A DNA stretch of 64,000 nucleotides, from contig NC_057750.1 in NCBI RefSeq assembly GCF_004010195.1, positions 18,638,542-18,702,541 on the forward strand, given 5' to 3'. The stretch comes from Chiloscyllium plagiosum. Its lineage: Eukaryota. Positions within the stretch are counted from its first letter, which is position 1, and every line of letters begins with the position of its first letter. Shown one piece after another: positions 23,096 through 36,877 of the stretch. The translations under genes and the position numbers were made by a program. Under the pieces are notes generated by a model. That model made no database searches. It was given only the letters and a program-made list of their open reading frames with translations, and was not told the DNA's origin.

Positions 23096-24074
23096 TGAGC
23101 TAATGAAACAGGCATTGAACAAATTAGTTATGAGGAGTGATTGGACAATTGTGATTTCAATAATGAGAAGAGATTGGACAAATTTAGTTTTCTTTCACTT
23201 GAACGTTGGAGGCTGATGAGTGACGTGAGAGAAGTTTACAAAATTATGAGATACATGGATAGAATTGATGGTGCTTTTTTTCCCATGGCAAAAATGTTAA
23301 TTATTAGGGGAACATATGATATGAGAGTTAAACGAGATTTGAGAGGCATTTTTTCTTTACACAGAGGGTGACAGGTGTCTGGAGAACACTGCTGTTAGAA
23401 ACAGACATAGTAGCAATATTTTAAGGGGTATCTTGACAAATACATGAATAGTTAGGAAATATAGCGATACAAATGACATTGGGAAAAGATTTTTAATTTA
23501 TAAAGGCATCATCCATTGGTGCAGTTTTGGGTAGGCCAAAAGGCTTTTTTCCAGTGGTATGCAGTTCTTTGTTCTTTGTTTTAAGTGCATGGTGAAATGG
23601 TAATATCCATTGGCAGCTGGCCAGCAATACAAATTCAAATCATGGAGGGCACTGGCATTTACAACAGGCACAGATAATGTTGGAAGTATTCGCAATACCA
23701 GTCAACACTCGAGGGACAAATGCGTATTGAAATCAGGGGGAAGGTCAGTGATGCCATGAAAGAAGTTTACTTAGGCAGAGAGGAGGTTCTGAGTGTCCCA
23801 GCATTCATAAACGTTGATGTATCTCCTGGGCTGAATGAAATGTATCCCAGGTTATACAGTGAGGAAAGGGAGCAAAAAGCAGGGGAATGTTCCAAAAAAT
23901 TCAGTTCCTCTCTGCCACAGGAGAGGTGCCAAAGGATTGGAGGACAGCTAATATCATAACATTATTCAAGAGGGGAACAAGGTGAGCAACAGGCCAGTCA
24001 GTCTAACCTTGTTAGTGGGAAACTATTGGAAGAAATTCTGAGGGTCAGAATTAATCTGTATTTAGAGAGGTAGC

Positions 24075-25360
24075 TGTTGTGATTGTAACAAGGTCAGCCA
24101 GGTTGACCTTATAAAATATAATTTCTTTCACTGGGACTTTTAACCTAGTTCAATCAGGGTACCCTGGTGAATACGTATAAAGAGGAGTGTCAGAGTCTCT
24201 GTTCACTCTGAGAGCTGGCTCTGAGGAAGCTAGACCAGTGAAAAGTACGATACACACATAAATAAAAGATGACTTGGTGACAGGATACTGGCCTCTTAGG
24301 AGTTTTCTTCAGTGGTGATGAGGGAAAATAATACATTTCTGAAGAAATCCTCTCACAACAGTCATCTTTGAGTTGGAGTAAACATTTCTGGCATCATGTT
24401 ATTATTTGGGATGCTTAACATATTTGCTCCTGCTATTGATGACTGGGCCTAGTACGTGGAAAGAGTGTGTTATTTTTCCAAACAAGTGACATTGGGGCAG
24501 AAAATAAGCAATGAATAATTCTCCTGACAGTTTGAGGACATGCAATTTTTTAGGTTATTAGGAGTCTAACATTTCCTGAGGCACACCAGACCTTCCAAGA
24601 GTTGATGGATTTAACTAAGGAATATTACAATGCCCAAGCCTCCTCTAATTCTGAGATACTATCAGTTTTACATCATAGTTTGAAAACCAGGAGAATCAGT
24701 GTCAGGATTTCTGATGAGATCAAGATGACTGGCGGAGGCACATGACTTTGGTTTAACCTTTAATGAAATGCTGAGATACGATTTGGCATGTTGGATTCAT
24801 GATGTCATCATGCAAAATGGCCTACTAGCAGAAGCCCAACTGGACTTCAAAAAGTCACTACAACTGGATTTGCCATTAGAAAATGCAGCAAATGGAGCAT
24901 ATGGGTTACATATGGATGTGGACACCCTTGCCAGGCTGACTGAGATTGGGAACACCACTTGAGTGAAACCAATTGCATAACCTCACTCAGGGCATATCCT
25001 GAACAAAGGGACTCTAGGTCAACCCACAAGAAAACTATAAAACAAAGCTGAGCCTCAATAAAATGGTTAACATTGTCTTCAAGATCCAGGCTGGCAAGCC
25101 ATTGTAGTTGCTGCCCGTATGAGACCGCAAAGGAGTCCCACTGAAACTGAATGAGAGAAACTTAGGCCAGTAGCCAGAAGAGTGCACATTTTGTTTGGAA
25201 CAGTTACATTACTTAGCAATATCCAAATCAGATGGGATCAGATAAAGGGGTGCATTAAATCATTACCTGGTCTGAATTGAAGTCAATACCAGTGTGGCTG
25301 CATCAGTGATTGTGGAACCAGTCTTTAATAAAATTCACTTTGGACTTGTGTAAGATGTCA
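24075..25360 (+). mobile_element. Ty3/Gypsy element: 5' LTR (24075-24311), PBS, degenerate gag and protease
   Basis: TG...CA LTR followed by gtggtgatgag; gag-like MLLFG...FAPAIDDWA*YVERV; degenerate protease motif (NTSVAASVI). Confidence 0.75.
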
Positions 25361-25362
25361 TC

Positions 25363-28300
25363 AGAGACAGAAAAACAGCAAATGCTTGAATCCAAAGTAA
25401 ACAGACAGAAGACTGGAAGAGTGCAGCAAGCCAGGCAGCATCAGGAGGTGGAGAAGTTGACATTTAGGGTGTAACCCTTCTTCAGGACTAGGAATGGGTG
25501 TTTGGGGAGCTGCAAGTAAAGGGGGTCGCAGGTGCGGGATGGTGAAGTTGGGATAGGTGAAGACAGGTTGAGGGTGTGATCAGGTTGGTCAATGGGAGGA
25601 ATGAATCCAGTTGGTAGCAGGGAGGAGGGGAAGAGAGGGGGAGGGGCTGGGAAGGGAGTCAGGGGATGTGAAGGGAGGTTATTTGAAATTGGAGAACTCA
25701 GTGTTGAGTCCTCTGGACTGTAGACTACCCAGGCTGAAGATGAAGTGATGTTACTCCAATTTGAGGCTTGATTCATTGTGGCAATGGAGGAGGGCAAGGA
25801 TCATCATGTCGGAAAGGGAGTGGGAGGGGAATTAAAATAGGAGGTGACTGGGAGGTCAGCTTGGCCCTGCAGCCCAGGTGAGATGCTCGGTGAACCGTTC
25901 CTTAACTTTAGATTTGGTCTCCCTGATGTAGAGAAGATGACATCGGGAGCACCTGATGCTGTAAACTAGGTTGGAAGAGAGGCAGGTGAAACTCTATCTC
26001 ATCTGGTTTGGGACCCTAGGTGGAGGTGACGGGAGTGGTGAACTGGCACGTTTTGTATCTTTTCCGATTGCAGGGGAAGGTACCTGAGAGTTCAGGAGAG
26101 TTGGTGGGAAGAGTAGCACAAACCAAGGATTGTCACAGGGAACAGTCCTTGCAGAAGGTAGAGAGGGGTGGGCAGGGGAACATGTTCTTTGTAGTGGGGT
26201 CTACTTGGAGTTGACAGAAATGTTTAAGGACAATGAGTTCGGTGCGGTGACTGGTGAGGTTGTAAGTGAGGATAAGGGGTCTCTGGCCTTATTACATTGG
26301 GAGGGCAATGGTTTAGAGCAGTGGAATGGGGAATGGAGGTGGTGTGGTGGATGGCATCTTAATGACACAAGGAGGAAAAGCATATTGTTCGAAATAGGTG
26401 GACATCTGGAATGCTTGCGAGTAGAATGTCTCCTCATCCAAGCAGAAGCAGGGGAATTAGGAGAATGGGATACAGCTCTTGCAGGATACTGGCTGGGAAG
26501 AGGTGTAGTCCAAGTAGTTATGGGAGTCTGTGGGCTTGTAGTAACCATCCATCCGGAGACTGTGGCCAGAGATGGAAATGGGGAGGTCAAGAAAGGGGAG
26601 GGAGGTGTCTGAGATGGACCAACTGAATTTGAGGGTGGGGGTGACAGTTGTGGGTGAAGTTGATGAACTGCTCACGTTCACCCTTTGTGCAGGTTACTGC
26701 ACCGATGCAGTCATCGATATAATGGTGGAAGAGTTAGGGTACAGTGCCTGTGTAGGAAAGGGACTGTTCAACATAGCCAAAAAAGAGCGAGGTGTAGCTG
26801 GGGCCCATCTGGGTGCCCATGGCCACTCCCAAATTTGGAGGAAATGGGAGGAAGTTAAAGGAAAAATTGTTGAGGGTGAGGTCCAGTTCGATGAGGCAGA
26901 GAAGGGTATTGGTAGAGGGAGACTGGATGGATCTGTTGGAGAGGAAGAAGCGAAGGGCCTGGAGGCCATCCTTGTGGAGTATGGACGTATATAAGGACTG
27001 TACATCCAAAGTGATGATAAATCGCTGGGGGCCAGGGAACTGAAAATTATTGAAGAGATGGAGGCATGGTTGGTGTCACGGATGTAGATGGGAAGTGCCT
27101 GAACAAAGGGGGAGAGGATGGAGTCGTAGTAGGACAAAATGAATTCAATAGGGCAGGAGCATGCCGAGATGATGGGTCAGCCGGGGTAGTTGGGCTTGTG
27201 GATCTTGGGAGCAGGTATAAGGGGGCAGTGCAGGGCTGGGGATTGGAGGCAGTGGAGGGGTGATCACCGGAGGCAATGAGGAAACGGACAGTGTGAGTGA
27301 TTTTGGCCTGATGGGTCATAGTGGGGTCATGGCCAAGGCGGAGGTAGAATGTGGTGCTGAAGAGTTGGTGTTCAGGCTCTATGATATAGAGGTGAATTCT
27401 CCAGACTATCACCGCCCCACCTTTGTCAGCAGGTTTGATGAGGAACTGCAGGTTGGTGTGGAGCAAGTGGGGCACTGCATGTTTGGAGGGGGTGAGGTTG
27501 GAGTGTGTGAGGGGAGTGGAGAAATTGAGGCAGCCAATGTCACATCAGCAATCTGTAATGAAGAGGTCTAGGGTGGGTACTAGACCAGCAGGGTGTGACC
27601 AAGCGGAGGAGGAAGGTTGGAGGCAGGAGAAGGGATCCTTAGAGGGAGGTTGGGAGATTTTGACAAAGAAGAAGGCACAGAGATGGCGGGTCTGGAAATC
27701 ATTACGGTGGGGACAGAGTTTGAGCCCTTTCCAGAGGACAGACCGTTTGTCCTCAGAGTTTGAGGTCAGGACGATAGTAAATATGTGGCAGGGCTCAGGA
27801 ATAGTGATTTTAGGACAGTTCAGAGGTGGTTGATGAGGATGGGGGGGAAGGGTGATGGCAAGTCGTGAGTGAGGGTTGGGTGTGGTGTGGTGGCGGGGCA
27901 GTGGACTTTGAGAGAGAAAGGAGATTGGGAAGGGAGGCTGGGGAGTGGGGTGTAGGTGTGGGAATGAGGTGAAGAGGGTGAGTTGGAGGCCAAGAGTGCA
28001 TTTTGGGGATGGATGGGTAAGGAGGGAGAGCTGGTGTGCTGGCTGGCTGCAGGTTGGCAAAAGGTCCCAGGATAACCCTGGGAAATGCAGTCTGGGTCTT
28101 GGTTGCAGATTGGGTGGAGCCAGAAGTGGAGGCAGAAGCTGGAGACCAGTCCGAGTGTTGTCAGCAGAATCTGGTCCAGCGTTGTAGAAGAGGTTTGGAG
28201 TGGAGTCAGAGGTTGCGGGTGCATACTGGGAGGTACCAGTAGGTGGTCACGATGGCACGGGTACCAAGCCGAAAGTGCAACCGGCGTCCAACCTGGAAGT

Positions 28301-28880
28301 AGCTTTCCATGTGAATAATGGCAGTGGCAACAGCATGGCATGGGGCCTGGTGATGGCTGGAACCAGGGCACGAGTTTCAAACAGCGAGGAAGTTCTCTGA
28401 CTGGTGGTGAGAGGAGCAGGATTTTGTAAACTTTTGTTGTTTATACTGGATAAGAAACTGGAAAGCTGTTTGTGGAGCTGGTGGATTCTCCATTGGATGT
28501 AGAATAGTAGAGGTCCTCCACACATTTGAAAAAGGAGCCATTGAGGTGGGGGACGGATGAGGAGAGAGATTGGAGGTGCCTCCGCACAGAGAGAGAATTG
28601 TTGGTGGAGGCATTAGAGATATTGCAAGGATGGAGCATCAAAGGTGGGTCCAGATTTGGAGGATTTAAAATGTGCCTGGAGGCCTTGAGGGATGAGGTGG
28701 TTACGAAGACAGCAGCTGAGGAAAATCTCGTGGCTGTCATATTGAATTTGTTCCATGGTGTGGTCAAAGAGCCGGAGGATTGAGATCATGGTGTTGCGGC
28801 AGTGAGAAAGGGACTCACTGAGCGCATGTCTGAGGGAGGCAGAAAACGACTTCAAACTGGGCAGTGGAACAAATTTGGTT
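25363..28880 (-). mobile_element. Near full-length degenerate Penelope-like element
   Basis: IKPADKGGAVIVW, MDVQSLYTSI...LIEL.LTLNNFSFN...GVAMGTQMGPSY, YYKPTDSHNYLDYTS (Penelope RT motifs); pLTR with hammerhead remnant at about 25455-25490. Confidence 0.88.
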
Positions 28881-30820
28881 AGAGACAGAAGAACTGCAAG
28901 CGCTGGAATCCAAAGTAGACAGACAAAAGGCTGGAAGAATACAGCAAGCCAGCAGCATCAGGAGGTGCGGAAGTCGACGTTTCAGGTGTAACCCTTCTTC
29001 AGGACTGGAGGCAGCTGCAGATAAAGGGGGCGGTGGGGGAAGGGTGGTGAAGTGGGGATCGGTGTAGTCAGGTAGAGGGTATGACCTGGTTGGTCAATGC
29101 GAGGAATGAATCCGATTGGTGGCTGGGAGCAGTGGAAGGGATGGTGAGGGGCTGAGAAGGGAGTTGGAGGATGGGGAGGGAGGCTATATGAAATTGGAGA
29201 ACTTAATGTTGAGTCCTCTGGGCCGTAGGTTGCCCAGGCAGAAGATGAGGTGTTGTTCCTCCAATTTGCAGTTTGGTTCATTGTGGCAATGGAGGAGATG
29301 AAGGATGGTCATGTTGGAAAGGGTGTAGGAAGTGGCATTAAAAGAGGCAGTGACTGGGAGGTCTAGTCAGGCCCAGTGGGCACGGCTGAGATGCTCAGTG
29401 AACCATTCCCTTAATTTACGTTTGGTCTCCCCGATGTAAAGAAGACCACTTCGAGATCACCTGATGCAGTAAACTAGGTTGGAAGAGAGGCAGGTGAACC
29501 TCTGTCTCAACTGGAAGGACTGTTTGAAACTCTAGATGGAGTGATGACGGGCGTGGTGTACTGGCAGGTTTTGCATATTTTCTAATTGCAGTGTACCTGA
29601 GGATTCGAAGAGATTGGTGGGGAGAGTGGCATAAATCAAGGACTGTCGAAGGGATAAAGGGTAGGGAGGGGAAGATGTTCTTGGTAGTGGGGTTTCTTTG
29701 GAGTTGGCGGAAGTGTTTAAGGATGATGCATTGGATACAGAGAGTGGTGGTTTGTAGTTGAGGACAAGGCGCATGCTGTCTTTATTGTGTTGGGAGGGGG
29801 CATTTAGAGCAGTGGAAAGGGGAATGGAGATGGTGCGATGGAGGGCTGACTGGATAACAGAGGGAGGAAAAGCACATTGTTTGAAATACATGGACATCTG
29901 GGATGCACGCATGTGGACTGTCTGAGCAGATGAGGTGGAGGCAGAGGAATTGGAAGAATGGGATGGAGTTCTTGCAGGATACTGTGTGGGAGCAGGTGTA
30001 GTGCAGGTAGTTATAGGAATCTGTAGGTTTGTAGAAAATGTCCATCTGGAGACTGTTGCCAAAGATGGAAATGGAGAGATCAAGAAAGGGGAGGGAGGTG
30101 TCCGAGATGGACCAAATGAATTTGAGGGCAGGATGGAAGTTGTGGGGGAAATTGATAAATTAACTGCTCCAGTTCAGCTTGGGTGTAGGACACTGCACAG
30201 ATGCAGTCATTGTTGTAACGGTGCAAGAGTTGGGGTACAGTGCCTATGTTCGTACTGATAGGGACTGTTCAACTTAGCCAACAAAGAGGGAGGTGTATCT
30301 GTGGCCCATTTGGGGGCCCATGGTGACCCCCTGGAGTTGGAGAAATGGGAGGAGTTAAAGAAAACGTTGTTGAAGGTGAAGCAGAGAGGGTTTAGATAGA
30401 TTCTCTACAGTATGAAAACAGGAACTTCAGCCAATAAGCCCACACTGACCCTCCAAAGATAAACCCACCCAGACCTATTCTGCTCACCTATATTTACATC
30501 TGACTAATGCACCAACACTATGAGCAATGTAACATGGTCAATTCACCTGACCTGCCCATCTTTGGATTGTGGGAGGAAACCAGAGCACCCAGAGGAAACC
30601 CACACAGACACAGGGAGAATGTGCAAACTCCACACAGACAGTCACCTGAGACGGGAATCAAATTCGGGTCACCAATGCTGTGAGGCAGCAGTGCTAACTA
30701 CTGAGCCACCATGCCATCCTACTTAGTGGAGGGGGCATGGATTAGTCTGTTGGAAGCAAGGAAGCAGAGGGCCAAGAGGCCACCCTTGTGGGGTATGGAT
30801 GTGTATGAGGACTTACATGC
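28881..30820 (-). mobile_element. Second, partial tandem Penelope copy, interrupted by an HE1 SINE (about 30392-30720, minus)
   Basis: pLTR repeat of 25363; DIFYKPTDSYNYLHYTCSHTVSCKNSIPFFQFL; SSYTSIPHKGGLLAL. Confidence 0.85.
28972..29006 (-). ncRNA. Intact minimal hammerhead motif in Penelope pLTR
   Basis: AGTC-CTGAAGA-AGGGTTACACCT-GAAAC-GTC^GACT; stem I AGTC/GACT. Confidence 0.7.
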
Positions 30821-31420
30821 AAAGCTGGAAGGAGGGCCATCCATCATGAATTTGGACATGAGCCAAGCATACCTGCAGCTCAATGAAGATTCCCCGAAGT
30901 ATGCTACAATTAATACCCATAAGAGTTTGTACCAATATATGAGAATGCCATTTGGAGTATCGTCAGCCTGTGTCATTTTTCAGAGGTTGATGGAAAACAT
31001 TTGACAAGGTTTTCCCCCAGATCCCCACTTATCTGGATGACATACTAATATCAGGGAAGAACTAATAAAGAGCATTTAGAGAACCTGGATATTGTCCTTA
31101 AATGTTTCTCCTGGACAGGTGCATGCCTTATAAAGGAAAGAAAAGTATCTTCCAGGCAACCCAGGTGACCTACTTGGGCTATTGAGTTGACAAGATTGGC
31201 TTACACCCACTGAAAGATTAAGTGATAGTGAACAAAGGTGCCATGGCTCTCCTGGCTGTAACTGAGATTAGTTCTTTCTATGGATGGTGAACTCTTGCAG
31301 AAAATTCATATGTAATTTGGCCTCCGTCTCAGTCCCTTCCATTTACTATCATTAAAGGATCAGCCTTGGAAATGGTCCTGTAACCAAGATGTAGTCTTTA
31401 GGGAAGTGAAGAAACTATCA
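30820..31420 (+). mobile_element. Gypsy RT fragment (continuation of the element at 24075)
   Basis: LDMSQAYLQL...YATINTHKSLYQYMRMPFGVSSACVIFQRLMENI, followed by YLDD-coding tatctggatgac. Confidence 0.85.
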
Positions 31421-31429
31421 TTGATCAAA

Positions 31430-32430
31430 ACTGTCTAAGATTGGAGATCCAGCGCAGTCCCACAGGGGTCGGGGTTGGTGTGCTTGGTGCTTATGGTCTA
31501 TATAAATGACTTAGACTTGTAAATAGAAGATTTGTTCAGCAGGTTTACAGATGATACGAATATAAGTTGGGTGGTAAATAATGAGGAGGATAGCCTTAGA
31601 TTACAGGAGGATATAGATGGGCTACTTGGATTAGCAGATTTGTGACAGATGGATTAAAATGTGCAGTGATGCACTTGGCTATGACAAACAAAGCAAAGGA
31701 ATATCTGTTTCCCTGGAAGCACTTAGGATCAGAGGGATTTTGGTTTGTATGTACACCAATCTCTTAGGAGAAGGGAGGAATGGTTGCTCAGTGGTTAGCA
31801 CTGCTGCCTCTTAGCGCCAGGGATATGGGCTCAATCCCAGCCTTGGTAAGCAGTCTGTGTGGAGTTTGCACATTTTCCCTGTGTTTGCGTGGGTTTCCTC
31901 TGGCTGCTCCAGTTTCCTTCTACAATCCAGAGATGTGCAGATTAGGTGAATTGACCATGCTAAATTGCTCATAGTGTTCAGAGATGTGTAGGTTGGATGC
32001 ATTAGTCAGGAGTAAATGTAGAGTAATAGGATAGGGGAATGAGTCTGGGTGGGTTACTCTTTGGAAGGTTTGTTTGGATTTATTGGGCCACATGGCCTGT
32101 TTCCACACTGTAGTGATTCTCTCATTCTGTATCGGAATAGGTGTATAAAGCAGTTAAGAAGGCATATAAGATACTCGACTTATAAGACAGGTTAGACAGA
32201 CTGGAATGGTGTTCCTTAGAGAAAAAGATTTGAGAGGTGACATGGTTGTGATGTATCAAATTATGATGGGCATAGATCGGATAGACTGAGGGGCATAGAT
32301 TTAAGGTAAGGTGCAAAATGTTTAGAGATTTAATGGAAAATGTTTTCTCCCAGAGAGTGGTGGGAATCTGGAACTCATTGCCTGGAGGGTGATAGATGTA
32401 GAATCTCTCTCAATATTTAATACTTAAGAA
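31430..32430 (+). mobile_element. CR1 LINE continuation with HE1 SINE at about 31775-32120
   Basis: VPQGS/FADD-like remnants; HE1 head tggttgctcagtggttagcactgctgcc. Confidence 0.7.
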
Positions 32431-33249
32431 ATGTAGAATCATAAAATCTAGAATTACACAGTGCAGAAGAGGCACTATGGCCCCTCAAGTCTGTATCACC
32501 ATAATAAATATTACTACCTGCACTAGTCCCACTTTTCCACACTAGGCCATTGGCCTTGAATGTCAGGACAATTTAAGGGCTCATCCAAGTACTTTTTAAA
32601 GGTTGTGAGATTTCCCACCTCAACTACCCAGCCAGGCAGTGTATTTCACAACATGAGCTTGGTCGCATGAGCTTTTACCTTTTTTAGCAGTTTCCCACGT
32701 GTGGGACCTTGGCAAAGGGCTTGCTGGAATCCATATAAACTACATCAAATGCCTTACATTGGTTCAAAACATTCCATCAGTGTAATTAGACAAGACCTCC
32801 CTCTGACAAATCCACATTGACTATCCTTGTTTGAATCTTGTCTGTCTGAATGGTGGTTAATTTTCCTCTTCACTATTTTCTCCAGTAGTTTCTCTACTAT
32901 TGATGTTAGATTCAATGGTTCCCTGGTCTAACTCTAACACACTTCTTGTAAAGTAGAACCACATTAGCTCGCTTCCAGTTATCTGGCAACTCCCATTGTA
33001 GACTGAGACGGTTTAAATATTTTGGTTATGGTCCCTATATTCTTCTCCCTCGTCTCCTACAGTAATCTGGGATACAACTCGTCCAGACCTGGGAACTTGT
33101 CCACTTTTAAATCCATTCCTGTGAAGCTGTCTGCGCCACAATGGTCAGACTGATTCTAATCTAAAAAACTGATTTACAGAATCTTATGTGGATTCATGCA
33201 GTGTTTGAGCAAAGTAAAATGTAAATCAGCAAGTACAAATTCATCTGAC

Positions 33250-33440
33250 AAACGTATACGCTTATGTGTGCATGTGGGTGCATATGTGGGGGAGTGGTGG
33301 GGGTTATGAGTGTCTGTGAAAGGGTGTGTGTATGTGTGTGAGTGTAAAGGAGTTTAGGTATGTGAGAGGATGTGTGTGGGAGTGTATGTGTGAGTGTATG
33401 AGAGAGGGTCTGAGAGTGTGTGTGCGTCTATGTGTGTTTA
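33250..33440 (+). repeat. Degenerate (TG)n/(GA)n low-complexity tract
   Basis: gtgtgtatgtgtgtgagtgt... visible directly. Confidence 0.8.
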
Positions 33441-34479
33441 TAGTGCATCTTGGGATTTTCCTAACCTTGCCCCAGCATTTTCTCATTTCCCCTTCTTTGC
33501 TCTCTTAATTGCTTTGTTGAGTTTCATGCTGCACTTCCTAGACTTCTCAAGGGCCTTGGTTTTGCTCCCTTTGTATGTGTTATATGTCTACATTTTACAA
33601 AATGTAAATGGCTTCTCCATTTTACAAAATCTGAATGTTCTGAGTTTTGGGGAAAAATCAATTATTTCGAGAGTGACTCACACACAGTTGTCAATTTAGA
33701 AAGTAACTCACGCACAAGCCTTAAGTATTGACACATTTATTGGTGATGTCACAGGGAGAAACAAGGAGAACAGCTAGATCAGATGGTCCCGAGTCACTCC
33801 GACAGATTACAGCGATTTACGAGACTTTTTCTGGTTACAGTTAGCTGACTGTTAATTACAGAATAATGGGTAGGCATCAGACAACCTGCCCAGCATTAGC
33901 TCTAGTCATGTAGTGTCTGGTCAGAGTCAGTTAGAAGCTGATATACAGGTGTTAGCGGACAATGACTTCATGCAAAGAGAAGAGTTTGTTTATCAGGTAT
34001 CTCCACAGCTGCAATGCCAACCATTTCTCAGGCAGATGAGGAAAAATGACTTTTCTTCAGGGCAGGCACTGAATATGAGGCAAAATGGTTTCCACACATT
34101 TAGTATGTGACAAAATAACCCTTTGTTCCAACTTGTCCCTGCTGACTAATTACCCTAAATTAAAATACCCATCTAAATATTTCTGTAAATGCTGAGACAG
34201 GTGGACACAGCAAAGAAATCAAAATCTTTACAGCCAAAGATTTGGACCCACTTACTTGGGAGTCAGATCCTGTAAGGCAGTTACACAGATGAGTATTAAA
34301 GTTTACTGATTCTGAGAGAAAAAAAAGCAATCAAAGAATGTCACAGGAAAACAGCGAATTTATTGGCTAGTAAGAAACTACATTACAGAACTCTCCCTAA
34401 ATCTGTTAATTTAAAAAGATGTAAAATATTAAGGAATAAAGTTAGAGTTAGCTAGTAAGACAAAAATGTTTAAGGAAGA

Positions 34480-35010
34480 CAGAAGAAAACTAAGGAAGTT
34501 TAAGGAAGATTAAGGAAACTTAAATCATGGAAGGGTAAGGCATCAAGTACAATGTGTGTCCTGTCACATGCAGGGAGTCACAGACCATACCAGTGTTCAG
34601 GATGACAATGTTTGGAAGAAGGGCTCCAAACTGCAACAAAATTGAGCTCCAGTTTTCGGAGTTTAAACAGCAATCCACAAGGCCAAGAGGTACATGGGTA
34701 GCACATTTAGAGAAGTGGTCACACGACAGCTTAAGGGACTGAAGTTGTGTGGTCCCACTCACAAATCAGCTTTCCATTCTGGAAGTTGAGGAAGGTGCTA
34801 GTACCTGAAGGGAGTGCAGTCAGACCTAGACTTCTGGCTTCACAAGCAGCCTGACAGGAGGGGAAGAAGAAGAATGCAGTAGTGATAGTAAAAGGGGCTT
34901 CATTAGCGAGATTAACAGACTGGTATTTCTGTGACTGCAGACATGGCTCCAGAATAGTATATTACCTCCCTGGTGCCAGGTTCAGGAATGAATAGCTGCA
35001 GGACATCCTA
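34480..35010 (+). mobile_element. CR1 LINE ORF1 (zinc finger/SGNH-esterase) remnant
   Basis: Degenerate VIGDS...FC...SR.V..LPGAR-type segment (ctccctggtgccagg). Confidence 0.6.
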
Positions 35011-36261
35011 TGTTGGGCTTGTACTTTCCCCAGTACCTTTTTGAATGCCTCCCACTATTTTGCTGTAGGTTTACTATCATGTAACTCTTCCTGGACTATT
35101 TTGGCCAGATTCTGCCTTATTTTAATAAAATTTACCTATTCCATTTTTTTTTGCAGATCATCTTTCTCCTTTTGCATAACAAATTTAAAACTTATCGTGT
35201 TGTGGATGCTGTCATAAAATGCTCCTCCATTTCACATTGAACGCCTGTCCGGCTTCATTCCCCAGAATAAGGTCCAGCACTTCACCATCCCTTGCAGGAC
35301 TATCTACATGTTGACTAAAAACTCTCCTGTATACATTTCAATAAATCTGTCTCCTCTAAAACTTTGTGGTATGATTATCACAATTAATATTGTGCCAAAC
35401 TCCTGAACCATGCATTTGTCTGATGTATTTGCCTATTTCTCTGCTTTACTCCCATGGCACTGGGAGTAATTCTGAGATTATAACTCGTGAGGTCCTATTT
35501 CTTAATCTACAGCCTAGTTCCCTGCAATCTGAATGCAAGAACTCATTCCGGGTTCCACCTATATCACCTTAACAATGTGTACCAATGTCGTATCACTGTC
35601 CCCTATCAGGATTCCTTGCAGCTGCTCACCCCCAAGCCTGGCACCTGGGAGGCAGCGTGAGAGCTCTAGTTTTTGCCTGCTGCTGACCACAGAACTGGCC
35701 AAGCACACCTTGTTGGAGGGCACAAAGGCAGTGACCAAGCACACCAGCTTTAAGTGACCAAGCACACCACATTTTACTGAGAAAACACATATAGGTCTAT
35801 AGTGTGGGATGAATACCACTCGGCAGGGTATTACCAGAAATGCTTAGGCCTACTAGTACCAGCTCATCGTGTACATTTTCATAAACGTTTATTATCATTG
35901 ATTAATACTAAACTCTTTGTCTGTCCAAGACTCATGCTCAGACATGACAGGACAGTTGGCATTGTTTAAAATTTAACTGTAAAGAAGGGAATTTTCAAAC
36001 CTATTATAGAAGGAAGTGAAGTTGTAGTGACAATTTTTGTCTTGGGGTGTATTTCCCATATCCACCTTTCCTCACTGCTTCCCCAGTGATGAACAGGTAG
36101 GAGGCGATAGTGAGGGTTAAATGAACGATCTTATATTCAAATAAAGGGAATTTGCAATATGGGAAAAGTCTATCAAACAACTGATATAAACATGCCCATC
36201 CTTTTTCACAAACGAATTTCAAACTGCTCTTTCCAATTTTTCTCCTATTGTCATATTCTAC

Positions 36262-36540
36262 TTTTAAAGTGAGAGGAGAAAGATTTAAAGGGAACTTGAT
36301 GAGCAACTTTTTCATGCAGAGGGTGGCTCATGTATGGAACAGGCTGTCAAAGGAGGTAGTGAAGGTGGGTAAAATTACAAAATGCAAATGGCATCTGGAT
36401 GGGTACCCAAATAGGAAGGATTTAGCAGGCTATGGGCCAAATACTGGCAAATGGGACTAGATCAGTATAGCTGACCTGGTCAGTTTGGGTGAGTTGGATC
36501 GAATGGTCTGTTTCCATGTTGTATAACTTTATGACTCTAT
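36262..36540 (+). mobile_element. CR1/HER1 3' end
   Basis: FKVRGERFKGNLMSNFFMQRVAHVWNRL and a tatgactcta tail. Confidence 0.8.
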
Positions 36541-36877
36541 TCCATGCAAGGTTCTGCATTTCACCTTTATTTTGGCATATCACAGTCCCTCTCACGTTGT
36601 GGTACCAGTCACTGCTCGCATGGCTTGGATTAATATTCCATCAATGGTTAAAAAAACTTTTGGTATTCTTCATATTGGACAAAATAACACTCTGACTGTC
36701 AATGGTTGGTTGACTTTAGTCCTGTAACTCAGAATTAATTGCAGAGCACTTCAGTTGTAACTGGGATTTCCAGCACCTTCTACCTTTGATATCCGCACAA
36801 GCACAAGTGTCACTGGTCGTAACTGTCCTGAGTGGTCCTAGCCATTTAAATGCAAATCCAGGCTTGTCAGGTGCTAA

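Noticed and set aside
25441-30258. Dense overlapping ORFs as novel genes
   Set aside because: They are frameshifted Penelope RT fragments and their G-rich antisense frames.
36004-36315. 103-aa ORF as a host gene or V pseudogene
   Set aside because: Starts in antisense CR1; no Ig motifs, RSS or splice support.
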